Source: Deltaproteobacteria bacterium
GTDB lineage: Bacteria > SAR324 > XYD2-FULL-50-16
Length of the DNA: 64,000 nucleotides
Reading direction: 5' to 3'
Assembly: GCA_018645005.1 (NCBI GenBank)
Contig: JABGPJ010000073.1
Span: 8,274-72,273 of the forward strand
The notes under the pieces are model-generated. The model searched no databases. It was given only the letters and a program-made list of their open reading frames with translations, and had not been told where the DNA came from. Below are positions 44,807-54,534 of the stretch, piece by piece; position 1 is the first letter of the stretch; the number at the start of each line of letters is the position of its first letter. Position numbers and translations under genes: made by a program.

Positions 44807-47086
44807 TTATTTTGACTTTCGCTGACTCTGCTGTTGTTTGACAAACTTTTTTATTTTAAACAGACGGCTACGGGCTTCTTTTTCCTGGGATCCCTTTTGT
44901 TTTGAGTTAACCACTTTTGAGTAATGTCGGATCGATGTGAGCCATTTTTCCTGGGACTGGTAAAGCTCTCCCAGTCTGAAATGAACCTTGATATACCACG
45001 GTGTCTTGTCAATCGGTTGTTGTCCAAGATCGATCAGAGTTTCTATTGCCTCCTTATAGTTTTTTTCAGCAATGTATAGTTCGGCCATCAGAGCTGAGGC
45101 TTTGTAGTTAATCTCTCTGTTGGCTTTTCCATGCAGACTCGTTAAAAGGGAAATTATGGGGTCTTTTTTTTCTCCCGTTTCGATGAGGATATTCGCGAGT
45201 CTGTATATATACCGATTCTTTTGATGCTCATCTGTGCTGATGTTTATCGCAGTTCGATAAAGAGGGATCAGTTTTTTCAGTTTTTTCTGATGCTCATAGC
45301 GTTCAAGTAGAATTTCAAGAATTGACAGCCGTGTTGCCGTTTCTTTCTCTGGCATAACTTTATAAGATTTTTGATAGTAAATAAGTGCCTGTTGCTGATA
45401 GTACTCGGCAGGCCGCAGTTCGGGTCTCTGCTCTCGCCATGTTATGTTCTTCATCGCAATGGTAATCTGGTCAATGGTTTTTGCAACATTCAACAGGAAC
45501 CAGGGATCTTTTTTTGTTTCCGGCGAAAGGTTGACCACTGCTTTCATGTTGGACAAGGCTTTGTGCCACTGTTTTAATTCCAGGTATAAGTTTGTTTTAA
45601 TTAAAAAGATTCGCTTTTTATCTTTAAAATGGGGCAGGTCCTGGACTTGTATTAGATATGCGATGGCATTTTCCAATTGTCCTGTTTTCCGAAACACAGC
45701 CAGATAGAATTCAAACGAGAGAGGAGCAAACCGGGATAACGGGTCTATTTTTGAATAGACATGGCCTGCCTTTACCCACTCCTTGGCATTATAGAGACAG
45801 GTTGCGGCATAATAGTGCATCTCATCGGGGTCTGTCATCTCCACTGAGAAATCCACCGCTTTATAGTTATTGATGAGTTTTTTGCATCTTTTCTGGCGAT
45901 AGTTGTTTTTAATGATACGATTCAGCAGTTGATTTCTGCTTTCCGAATGTTCCTGTAGTTTGAGTGATTGTGCATAGATCTGGTTTGCCTCTGTCCATTT
46001 CTTGAGGGATTCGAAATAGTGAGCACGAATTAAAGTCAAGTCAATATCTTTGCCGTATTTGGCGTTATTTTTCTGTAGCCATTTGAAATCCGCTTCAGCG
46101 CGTGATGACTTTCCAAGCTCCAGGAGGAACCATCCTCTGTGATAATGTGTATTCTCAAGTTCTATTGGCTTTTTTAGGTTCAGGTTCTGACCAAACAAAA
46201 GGATGGCTTTCTGTTTGTCTGCGGCAGATATTTTAGTATCTGGGGTTTGATTCAGTAAAAAGAGTGATTCAGCAATCCAGAATCTGGATTTATTGATAAA
46301 TTCCGGATGGGGCCACCGATCCATCAGTTGCTCATGCCATTTGATGGCTGCACGATAGTCTCCTATTTTTTGTGCATCACTGGCGTACTGAAAGCAGATT
46401 TTTGCTTTGTGACCTGTCGCCAGATCTGATTCTAGCAGAGGTTGAAACAGTTCATTGGCAAGGTCATACTTTTTCTGGAAATAGTATGTCCAGGCAAGGT
46501 TATTTTTTGCTTCGAGCTGTTGACCCGGTTTTAGATCTCCGTTTTTGACCGTCCTTTTCAGATAGACTTCTGCTGTTTTCCAATTCTTTTGCTTGAATGC
46601 CAGTTCTCCCAGATGGAAATAGGTTCGGAATAAGAATCGGGACCGTGGATATTTCTTAATCAAACGCTGTAATTTGTCCTGACCTTTGTTGTTCTGCTTC
46701 AGTTTCAGGTGAAGAATACCGGACAGATAAAGCGAGTCTTCAAACAATTCTGAGTCCGAAAACCGTTTCAGGAGATGATCATATTTTTTTAAGGCGGCAG
46801 CATACGATTTCTGGATAACATCAATCTTGGCCTGAACGAAAATGATCTCAGCTCTGAAAATACCGTTCGGATACCTATTCAGGTACTCAACCGCCTCTTC
46901 CTGAGCGAAAATATAGTATTCATCTTTCAGGAGATGGTGGATTAGATCCCGATCTTCGACCTCAACAGAGGTCGTTTCCTTGATCTCGTTACTGAAAGAT
47001 ACTGGAGCAGACAGTAACAGACCAATCAGTACAGCGGCGAGGAATTTAAGGCTCGACCCTGGGAAGCGAATTTTTCTGAATGGCAT
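44807..47086 (-). CDS. Large secreted TPR-repeat protein
   Basis: Signal peptide (LKFLAAVLIGLLLSAPVSFS) followed by many TPR/YfgM-like helical repeats over 759 aa. Confidence 0.7.
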   Translation of the reverse strand: MPFRKIRFPGSSLKFLAAVLIGLLLSAPVSFSNEIKETTSVEVEDRDLIHHLLKDEYYIFAQEEAVEYLNRYPNGIFRAEIIFVQAKIDVIQKSYAAALKKYDHLLKRFSDSELFEDSLYLSGILHLKLKQNNKGQDKLQRLIKKYPRSRFLFRTYFHLGELAFKQKNWKTAEVYLKRTVKNGDLKPGQQLEAKNNLAWTYYFQKKYDLANELFQPLLESDLATGHKAKICFQYASDAQKIGDYRAAIKWHEQLMDRWPHPEFINKSRFWIAESLFLLNQTPDTKISAADKQKAILLFGQNLNLKKPIELENTHYHRGWFLLELGKSSRAEADFKWLQKNNAKYGKDIDLTLIRAHYFESLKKWTEANQIYAQSLKLQEHSESRNQLLNRIIKNNYRQKRCKKLINNYKAVDFSVEMTDPDEMHYYAATCLYNAKEWVKAGHVYSKIDPLSRFAPLSFEFYLAVFRKTGQLENAIAYLIQVQDLPHFKDKKRIFLIKTNLYLELKQWHKALSNMKAVVNLSPETKKDPWFLLNVAKTIDQITIAMKNITWREQRPELRPAEYYQQQALIYYQKSYKVMPEKETATRLSILEILLERYEHQKKLKKLIPLYRTAINISTDEHQKNRYIYRLANILIETGEKKDPIISLLTSLHGKANREINYKASALMAELYIAEKNYKEAIETLIDLGQQPIDKTPWYIKVHFRLGELYQSQEKWLTSIRHYSKVVNSKQKGSQEKEARSRLFKIKKFVKQQQSQRKSK

Positions 47087-47777
47087 TATTTATTTTCTAT
47101 TTTACTGATACCAGTGAATTTAGAATAAAAAGCATCATCGTCTGAGCTTTGACTAAACAATTTGTGGGCCCATCACCAAATCCATCTCCCGGTCATGATT
47201 CTGTTAAACAGCGTCTAAAATATCAGGATTGTTTGGTTATCGCAATGGAGTGGGAGTCAGAATGCAACTTCGAAAATCTCGCTCGAATCTGTCTGGCCCG
47301 GTATTCGTAATTGGTGAGACCTGAACGGAATTCCAGATGACGACGGTGGCCAGAAAAGCTGGATATTGACGTGATAATGAGAGTAAAAAAGGTTGCAAAT
47401 TTACTTAATATTTAAGAAAATTAAAAGATGACCTCTGAAGTTTCAATCGATCATTTTTTGGGGTACATGACGGTAGTATGGTACGTCACAACCGACCTGA
47501 AAATGCACTATTCAACAGAGTCTCATAAGCTAAAAAGCAAAGAAGATTCGAAAATGACCCTGATGACATAAAGGTTAAAACGGCAAACAAACAACAATTT
47601 AGAAAAGGTCCTGCCGCCCGGAAGACTGCAACTGCCAAAGGGCAAACAGGTATCGTTCTCCACGATTCGAATCCGATCAATCGTATCATTCCCTACAAGC
47701 AGTCCTTTCTTGGCCTTAATCCCTCAAGCGGAGCCAGTCAAAAACAGGACCAGGGGCTCTTAAAAAAAGTCAGGGGA

Positions 47778-48959
47778 TTGTTCGACAGTGCAAAAGGCAA
47801 AGGTTTGAGCAAAGAGGCAATCGTCAAACTCAGAAATTCTGTTGGAGATTTAAAAAATATCTCGGGTGATAGCGGTGATAAAGATGGAGGAAAAGCTTCC
47901 CCGGAACAATCTAACAACACTCCGCAAACCAAAAAGGAGTTGCTAGAAGCAAAAAGAAAAGCACTAGGTGATAAGGACAAGACCAAGAAAAAGAGCAATC
48001 CAGGTGTGGGAATGCGAATAGAGATAGAGAAACAAAAAAAGGCCCATCCCAATGATCCCAACCTGACGATTCTCAGTGCTATTCTGACCAGCAAAGACAG
48101 CACTTCCACACATCGTTCAACCAGTGAGCGGATCGACTCACTTTATTCTGCTCTGGAGCTAACAGGCACCGTTGTTATGCATGAATATCTGACAACCTAT
48201 TCAGTCGATGTGCTGTGTGATATCTATTTTCTATATCTGGAAACCATAAGAACAAAACTTCAGGACAATCTCAAAATAATCAAGGCCGCGGAAAGTCACT
48301 CCATTCGGCGGGATATCCGCGTCCTGAACATGTTGCTCGAACAGAAACGACTGAAGAAAACGATTTCCAATATTGCGAAAAAACTGGATGGATTTGGCTA
48401 TCCATACGAAACCATGAGCCCATTTCATATTGCCAAGTCGTTTCAGGCTTCAGAAGAAGAGTCTGATAACCGGATCGGGCCCGGTACTGTCAAGTTGAAC
48501 AAGTTTCTCATTCGAATCTATCTGAATGTCTTTTCACAGATTCCAGCGTTGATGCCGATGGCTAAAAAGATCTGTGATGTTTTGCCCAGAAATAAACATT
48601 GCCGGGCCTTGATCGCCAATGTCAGCATAGAAAACGCGTTCATGAAAATGCAGGTTGCGAAATTGAACAAGTCAGCGGATCTGCCGAAGATGATAACCAA
48701 TGTTTATAACTATGGGAAAAAATTTATCGGGCTAAATTTTTCGGAGACGGTGACCTCATCTCTGGAAGCGAAAATCCTGATCAAAATCATACAAATGGTA
48801 GAAGAGATGGCCATGCTCTCGTCTAAGTTGAATCCTGATGTTATCATCTATGCCTATAACTGCGCTACAATTGCCCTGCATTTCTATCAAGAGGAGGCTA
48901 AGGTGTTGATTCGGCGACTTTCTGATATAGCGGCCAGGCAACAGCTGAAATTGAACTGA
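47778..48959 (+). CDS. Hypothetical protein (low-complexity basic N-terminus, helical C-terminal domain); the 5' end is uncertain
   Basis: 393-aa ORF from a TTG. The same frame stays open for 83 further codons upstream (from 47529) without any ATG, GTG or TTG. I recognise no family. Confidence 0.55.
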   Translation: MFDSAKGKGLSKEAIVKLRNSVGDLKNISGDSGDKDGGKASPEQSNNTPQTKKELLEAKRKALGDKDKTKKKSNPGVGMRIEIEKQKKAHPNDPNLTILSAILTSKDSTSTHRSTSERIDSLYSALELTGTVVMHEYLTTYSVDVLCDIYFLYLETIRTKLQDNLKIIKAAESHSIRRDIRVLNMLLEQKRLKKTISNIAKKLDGFGYPYETMSPFHIAKSFQASEEESDNRIGPGTVKLNKFLIRIYLNVFSQIPALMPMAKKICDVLPRNKHCRALIANVSIENAFMKMQVAKLNKSADLPKMITNVYNYGKKFIGLNFSETVTSSLEAKILIKIIQMVEEMAMLSSKLNPDVIIYAYNCATIALHFYQEEAKVLIRRLSDIAARQQLKLN

Positions 48960-48988
48960 CATTCCCTGGCCAGTTCAATTTGTGGCTT

Positions 48989-50062
48989 CTATTTTCGGGC
49001 TTTCGTGAAGTCCTTTTTCGTCTTAAGCCAGTTCGTCGCCTGCCACTTCTCCAGCTCAAACAGCCACGATTTCCCCAATTCATTTATCTCTTTCCAGTCA
49101 GCGTTTTTGCCGGCAGGCGAAGCGGATAGAAGATTGAGGTAATGTGTTTCGACTACGTTGTCCTTATCTTTCTCCAGCGTCTTTTTCTCTGTCTTGACCA
49201 GGATTTGGAAGTTCAATTTTGAGCCATCGAAGAGCGTGACAGAGATCTCTGATTTCAGACCCAGTCTGTTTTCGAGATCGCTGTTCCGCTGAATGGCGTT
49301 GTAGACTGACAACGTTTCCAATTCATCGAGCATTTCTTTCACCGCCTCCTCATCTGTTATCTCACTACTTGACAGGTCAGTGACAAGAAGCTTCTTGTCA
49401 CTGTTTTCCCTCTCAAAACGTAAACGGCTACCGGGGCTTTCGAATTGGACGGATTTGATCTGGTCTTTATTCATTGTAATCAGCACCTTCTGAACCCAGG
49501 CGTCCAATTGGGTTTCGAAGTTGATATTCTCTTTGACCAGATAAACTGCGGCTGTTTCACCAATTCTGACATACGTGCCGTCCGGACGTGAAGGGAGATT
49601 GGGATTTGAGGAAACAGAGTCTCTGTTTTTTCCGGCAATCATTTTAAAAACGACTTTGCCCTTGCTTTTGAGTACTAATTGTGTTCCTGTCGTACCCTCT
49701 CCGTTTTTCGCCTCCTCATTTAATAAAAGTCCGAAATGAGCGAGTCGGTCTTTATCCTTCGTTACCAATGCAGCCAGACGATAGGTTGTAATACTGTCGA
49801 GGAGTTCCACCAGCTTTTGGGTATTTGCAGGGAACTCATTCTTCTCAGTAATCAACCATCTATGCGCTTTTTTATGCAAATGAAGGGCAGTCTCCTGCTT
49901 TTCGATCACAATCTCGTCGATGGTTTCCACAAGCTCTATTCTGGCAATCTGCTTACCAATGGGCGAGTCACCCGGCCGTTTATTCTTCTTGGAATACAAA
50001 TTGACAAAAATGGCAATAATGATGAGCAAGGCTGCTGCTATGATTAGATTTCTTTTTGACAT
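48989..50062 (-). CDS. DUF4340-like protein (accessory to the GldG-type ABC system)
   Basis: N-terminal TM anchor (LIIAAALLIIIAIFV). Its size and its position immediately downstream of the GldG-like gene are typical of DUF4340 partners. Confidence 0.6.
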   Translation of the reverse strand: MSKRNLIIAAALLIIIAIFVNLYSKKNKRPGDSPIGKQIARIELVETIDEIVIEKQETALHLHKKAHRWLITEKNEFPANTQKLVELLDSITTYRLAALVTKDKDRLAHFGLLLNEEAKNGEGTTGTQLVLKSKGKVVFKMIAGKNRDSVSSNPNLPSRPDGTYVRIGETAAVYLVKENINFETQLDAWVQKVLITMNKDQIKSVQFESPGSRLRFERENSDKKLLVTDLSSSEITDEEAVKEMLDELETLSVYNAIQRNSDLENRLGLKSEISVTLFDGSKLNFQILVKTEKKTLEKDKDNVVETHYLNLLSASPAGKNADWKEINELGKSWLFELEKWQATNWLKTKKDFTKARK

Positions 50063-50098
50063 GATTCGATTTGTTGTTCGGAATTAAGGACAGATGTT

Positions 50099-51997
50099 CT
50101 AATTCGATTTTTTACGGAACCGGCGGTAATAGAGAAACAGTCCGGTTAGAATCAATAGAATGGGAACAATAGTCAGGTTAATCAATGTAAGATTGGTTTT
50201 TTCAGATTCGATATCCTGCCGCAGCAGTTTTCTGATTTTGCGTAACTCAGTCTTGGTTTTTTTCTCTTCTTCTTTGAACTGCTTTATCTTTTCGATCTGT
50301 TCCTTAGTTAAGACAATCTTGTTGGTTCCCTTTTGGACATTCAATTTGCTTAGTTTTTCCTGAACTTCCTTTAGCTGGGTCGTAATTCTGCTTTCAGCTG
50401 CCTGATATTTGACCTGAGCATTCTTTTCCAGCATTAAAAAATGCGTAAAGGGTCGCCTGAAACGTCCACGAGACCGAATTCCCATCATCTCCCCGGCACC
50501 ACCCAGGAATTCCACCATATTCACCATAAAAGTCAGGTTGTCATTTTTTGGCTGGCTGTAAACCTGTCCCAGCAGGTTGAACTGTTCGACACTGTAGTTA
50601 TCGGAAATAAAGTCGACGTCTGTGATTAGAAGAATCTTGCTTTCTTTAATCCCGTCTGAAAGATGTGGCTTCGGCTGGCCTATTTTTTCAGGTTGACCCT
50701 TACCCTCACTTTTTGGCGCTGCAGGTCTTTTAGAAAAGGCTGATGTCAGTTTACCGCTGAGAATACCAGCCAAGATATATGATTTGCCGGTGGGCTTGAC
50801 CTGATTGTTAATCTTTAAAGGATCGGCAAAACGAATCATGATGTTCTCAACGAGACCGGTACTGGTGGAGCTTTTGATCAACGGTTGCAATTTCAGAGGG
50901 CTGGATTTTTGCAGCATAAAACCGCCCGGTTCGATCAGCAGCATATCTTCCAGTTCTTTGGTAGCGATCAGATCCTGTTCAAACGAGTCTCTGTTCAGAC
51001 TATGCCACAGGGTGTACGAGACAACACCAACCGATCCACCCGCATTAACACGTGTGGGGTGTTCTTTATCCCCCAGAATTTTGCTTGCCTGATAGTCGAC
51101 TCCCCAATGTTTGAAGAGTTTTTCAAGATCGCTGGAAGCCTGAGGCATCTGGCCCATTTGAGCCATCATTGCTGCGGTCGGATCGACTCTGGCATTGGGA
51201 TCGACCAGAACGATTAACTCCCCGCCCTTTAAAACAAACTGATCGATAGCGTAAAGGGTGTTTTCGCTCAGCTTTTTCGGATGGATAACAATCAGAATCG
51301 AAATATCAGCAGCGATTTCCTGTGCTGCTGATGCAATTGTCTCAATCTTAAATGTTTTTTCCAGTTCCTGGATGAAAAACCATTTGGGTTGGTTGCGCTG
51401 CCCCTGCATCTGTTGCATACGGTTTGCAGCGACACCCATCACCGGGATGCTACTCAGGATGCCGATTTTTTTGTCCTTTTTTTGGGATAGCTGCAGTAGC
51501 ATCTGAGTGATGTCATACTCCAGGAACTGTTCTCTCCTGGGATCCATCATAGGTATATTCAGTTCGCGGTCTTCCTGGGTGATAACCAGCCCCATATAGA
51601 ACTTTTCGCCGTTACTCAGGTCCACGCCGGAAAGACCATATTTTTTTGCCCAGACCTCTTCATCTGAATCTGGTTTCGGATCGTAGGTTTCCAGGCGGAT
51701 CATCTCCGGATTTAAATTTTGATACTCGTTCAGCAGTTCGCTGATTTTTTTGCCGTAATTTTTGTAAACGATGGGTAATGATTCCAGGTTTTTCGAAAGG
51801 TAGTATTTCAGAGTGAGCGGTGTCGCAATTTTTTCAACAATGTTTTCTGTGCCCTCTGAAAGTGTGTAGAGATTCTCTTCGGTGATGTCTAACCGGGAAT
51901 ACAGACCCGCTGAGATCACATTAATAGCGACGATGATAATCAACACCAAAACAATGCTGATAGCTGTGGATCCCAATACTTTCTGTCTTTTTTTCAC
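50099..51997 (-). CDS. GldG-like ABC-transporter auxiliary component (ABC-type uncharacterised transport system)
   Basis: N- and C-terminal TM anchors flank a large periplasmic domain. It follows an ABC-2 permease and ATPase, the GldA/F/G-type arrangement. Confidence 0.75.
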   Translation of the reverse strand: MKKRQKVLGSTAISIVLVLIIIVAINVISAGLYSRLDITEENLYTLSEGTENIVEKIATPLTLKYYLSKNLESLPIVYKNYGKKISELLNEYQNLNPEMIRLETYDPKPDSDEEVWAKKYGLSGVDLSNGEKFYMGLVITQEDRELNIPMMDPRREQFLEYDITQMLLQLSQKKDKKIGILSSIPVMGVAANRMQQMQGQRNQPKWFFIQELEKTFKIETIASAAQEIAADISILIVIHPKKLSENTLYAIDQFVLKGGELIVLVDPNARVDPTAAMMAQMGQMPQASSDLEKLFKHWGVDYQASKILGDKEHPTRVNAGGSVGVVSYTLWHSLNRDSFEQDLIATKELEDMLLIEPGGFMLQKSSPLKLQPLIKSSTSTGLVENIMIRFADPLKINNQVKPTGKSYILAGILSGKLTSAFSKRPAAPKSEGKGQPEKIGQPKPHLSDGIKESKILLITDVDFISDNYSVEQFNLLGQVYSQPKNDNLTFMVNMVEFLGGAGEMMGIRSRGRFRRPFTHFLMLEKNAQVKYQAAESRITTQLKEVQEKLSKLNVQKGTNKIVLTKEQIEKIKQFKEEEKKTKTELRKIRKLLRQDIESEKTNLTLINLTIVPILLILTGLFLYYRRFRKKSN

Positions 51998-52127
51998 GTT
52001 CGCCCTTGTACGAAATGAATTAAATTTTTCAATTGGAAATCGACGGAACTGTTCCGCCGTTGCGCCCTGCGGGCTGTATAATCAGATTAAAACGTCCTTA
52101 AAGCGTCTGCTGTGCGCTAATTAACCG

Positions 52128-52862
52128 TCAGGAAGCCTTCTTTGTTTCCAGAATCAGTGCATTGATGATCAGACCGCCGCCAATAATGGAAAGAAAAAAT
52201 ACAATATTCCGACTGTCGATAATTCCTCGACTGATCGAATTGAAATGTGTCGAGAAACTGAACGTCGCTATGATTTCCGTCAGCCAGACGGGGAACAGTT
52301 TGTTCAGAATGTCAGTAAATACCCCCCAGCCGGTTAATACCATGCAAAAACAGATAATGACGCTCAGGATAAAACTGATGACCTGATTGCGTGTCAAGGA
52401 TGAGGTGACACAGGTAATGGCCAGATACGACCCTGCCATCAAAAAACTTCCGAGATAACTGGCGAAAATGACGCCCTGATCGGGTGATCCAAGGTAATTG
52501 ATGGTCAGTATCATCGGGAAGGTCATTGCCAGTGCAATGCCGATAAATATCCACCCAGCCAGAAACTTACTGATAACCGCCTGCATCATACTGATGGGCA
52601 GTGTAAACAGAAGCTCGATGGTGCCCGTATTTCTCTCTTCTGCCCAGAGCCCCATACCGACAGCCGGAATCAAAATGAGGTAAAGCCAGGGGTGGAACAG
52701 AAAAAAGATCTCAAGACTGGCCTGATTTGAATTGAAAAAATTGCCCAGAAAAAAGGTCGTCCCCACGGTTGAGAGCAGAAAAATAATGATAAAAACGTAA
52801 GCAACGGGGGAGTAAAAATAGCTTCTCAGTTCCCGTTTAACCAAGGTGATGATTTGATTCAT
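52128..52862 (-). CDS. ABC-2 family permease (GldF-like)
   Basis: 244-aa six-TM protein located directly after the ATPase gene. Confidence 0.8.
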   Translation of the reverse strand: MNQIITLVKRELRSYFYSPVAYVFIIIFLLSTVGTTFFLGNFFNSNQASLEIFFLFHPWLYLILIPAVGMGLWAEERNTGTIELLFTLPISMMQAVISKFLAGWIFIGIALAMTFPMILTINYLGSPDQGVIFASYLGSFLMAGSYLAITCVTSSLTRNQVISFILSVIICFCMVLTGWGVFTDILNKLFPVWLTEIIATFSFSTHFNSISRGIIDSRNIVFFLSIIGGGLIINALILETKKAS

Positions 52863-52869
52863 GTCTCTT

Positions 52870-53811
52870 TTATCCTCCTAAAGTGAGATTTCTGAAAACT
52901 TCATCCATAAACCCCTTTTCCCGGTATATTTCAGAAATTTCAATGTTGTCTGCATCGAGACATTTTTTGACCTGTCCGAGAATGTCCTGCTTTTTATTGG
53001 GAAATATCTGAACGGTAAACAACCCGGAGGCTTGAGATGGCTCAATGATTTTGACGTCGTTGACGGCTTCAAGCTTTTGCAATGCTTCAACTATCGTATC
53101 TTCAAGTCGGTGGGGCAGGGTCAAAGTGACTGTGTTGTACATCTTTGAATGGGTCAGGAGCTCTTGTGGGGCTCCATCGACGACAATTTTTCCCTGGTTG
53201 ATGATGATTGCCCGGGTACAGATAGCTTCCATCTCTTCCAGAATATGCGTTGAGAGTATGATTGCCTTTTCCTCCGCCATTTTCCCAATCAGCGTGCGAA
53301 CTTCCTGTTTCTGATTCGGGTCCAGACCGTCGGTGGGCTCATCGAGAATCAACACTGGCGGGTCGTGTATGAGCGCCTGAGCAAATCCGACCCGTTGTCG
53401 AAAACCTTTGGAGAGGGTGTCGATTGTCTGTTGACGGGCACTTTCCAATGACGTCAAGTCAATAATTCGCTCCACTTTATCGCTCTTTTCCTGTCCGCTG
53501 AACCCGCGGGTTTCAGCGATGAAATCGAGGAATTCGTTGACCGTCATGCTTTTATAACTGGGAGCGCTTTCCGGTAAATACCCAACTATTTTTCTAACAG
53601 CAATGGAGTCTGACAGAATATCCTTGCCATCGATTCGGGCCGTTCCTGATGTTGGCGTAATAAAACAGGAGAGCATTTTCATGGTTGTCGATTTGCCCGC
53701 GCCATTCGGTCCCAGAAATCCCAGGATTTCGCCCTTGTTGACCTGGAAGGAGACGTTGTCGACGGCAACTAGAGAGCCATAATTTTTTGATAAATGATCA
53801 ACTTCAATCAT
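52870..53811 (-). CDS. ABC transporter ATP-binding protein (ABC-2/GldA-like)
   Basis: Walker A GPNGAGKST, signature LSKGFRQR and Walker B LILDEPTDGLD, plus a C-terminal regulatory extension. Confidence 0.9.
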   Translation of the reverse strand: MIEVDHLSKNYGSLVAVDNVSFQVNKGEILGFLGPNGAGKSTTMKMLSCFITPTSGTARIDGKDILSDSIAVRKIVGYLPESAPSYKSMTVNEFLDFIAETRGFSGQEKSDKVERIIDLTSLESARQQTIDTLSKGFRQRVGFAQALIHDPPVLILDEPTDGLDPNQKQEVRTLIGKMAEEKAIILSTHILEEMEAICTRAIIINQGKIVVDGAPQELLTHSKMYNTVTLTLPHRLEDTIVEALQKLEAVNDVKIIEPSQASGLFTVQIFPNKKQDILGQVKKCLDADNIEISEIYREKGFMDEVFRNLTLGG

Positions 53812-54534
53812 AGTTTGTTTTTGTTTGAAGTAGCAGAATTCCCAGACAGGCTGGGATCAGGTTAAGTATGACATCACCTTTGCAACTGATTTTTTCTATG
53901 GAATCAAGTTGGCTGACAGGGAAGGATTTTTTTAGTCGGCATTGAATTGAAATGTGGATTTTCGCATCGTTTGGGACTGGTTCTTTTGTCAGGATCAATT
54001 GTGCATATCATGCAGGGTTCTTTGTTCTCTGAAAAACATTTAATTACAATTCTGTAAAAAGTCAATACTAAAGTCAATAGCTATTCTAGGAAAAATTCTG
54101 CCTGAATTCATAAATTGTATTCCAGCAATGATGATTCATGGTTGAATAAAATTGTCTGATTATAGATAGTTGGGGCAGACACTGTCAGGAATCTTCTGTC
54201 CAGAAATCCCAATCGGAAAGCCTGCGATGGACTTTATACGCTGTGGTGCAGGATTTAGAGCCCTTCGGATGGTATGACATCTTGACGCACAAGGTTTATG
54301 ATAGTAATTTATCAAGTTATCGCAGCGAATCGTTTTCTGAAAAGGGCGATCCGTTAAATCTTGTTTAACTGACGGTGCTGCACGGTGAAAAAAATCAGAC
54401 CTGTTCGCGTCAAGTAGAAATACCAGCCATAATGATAAAGACGTGTTACAATAGCATGTTAAGGCCTCAGAGTCTATTTTTGTGAATGTCATTTTCCTTA
54501 TATTTCAGCACTTTTTTTAATTCAGGAGCCAAGC

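Noticed and set aside
47655-47680. tRNA-like T-loop sequence GATTCGAATCC
   Set aside because: The flanking bases cannot form a T-stem (CACGA versus CCGAT). No acceptor, D or anticodon arms can be drawn. The segment also lies in an open reading frame.
54160-54492. 110-aa ORF on the minus strand in the ABC-2 / lolC spacer
   Set aside because: It has no Shine-Dalgarno sequence and an odd Cys/His/Arg-rich composition, and I recognise no family. The support is insufficient to call a gene.
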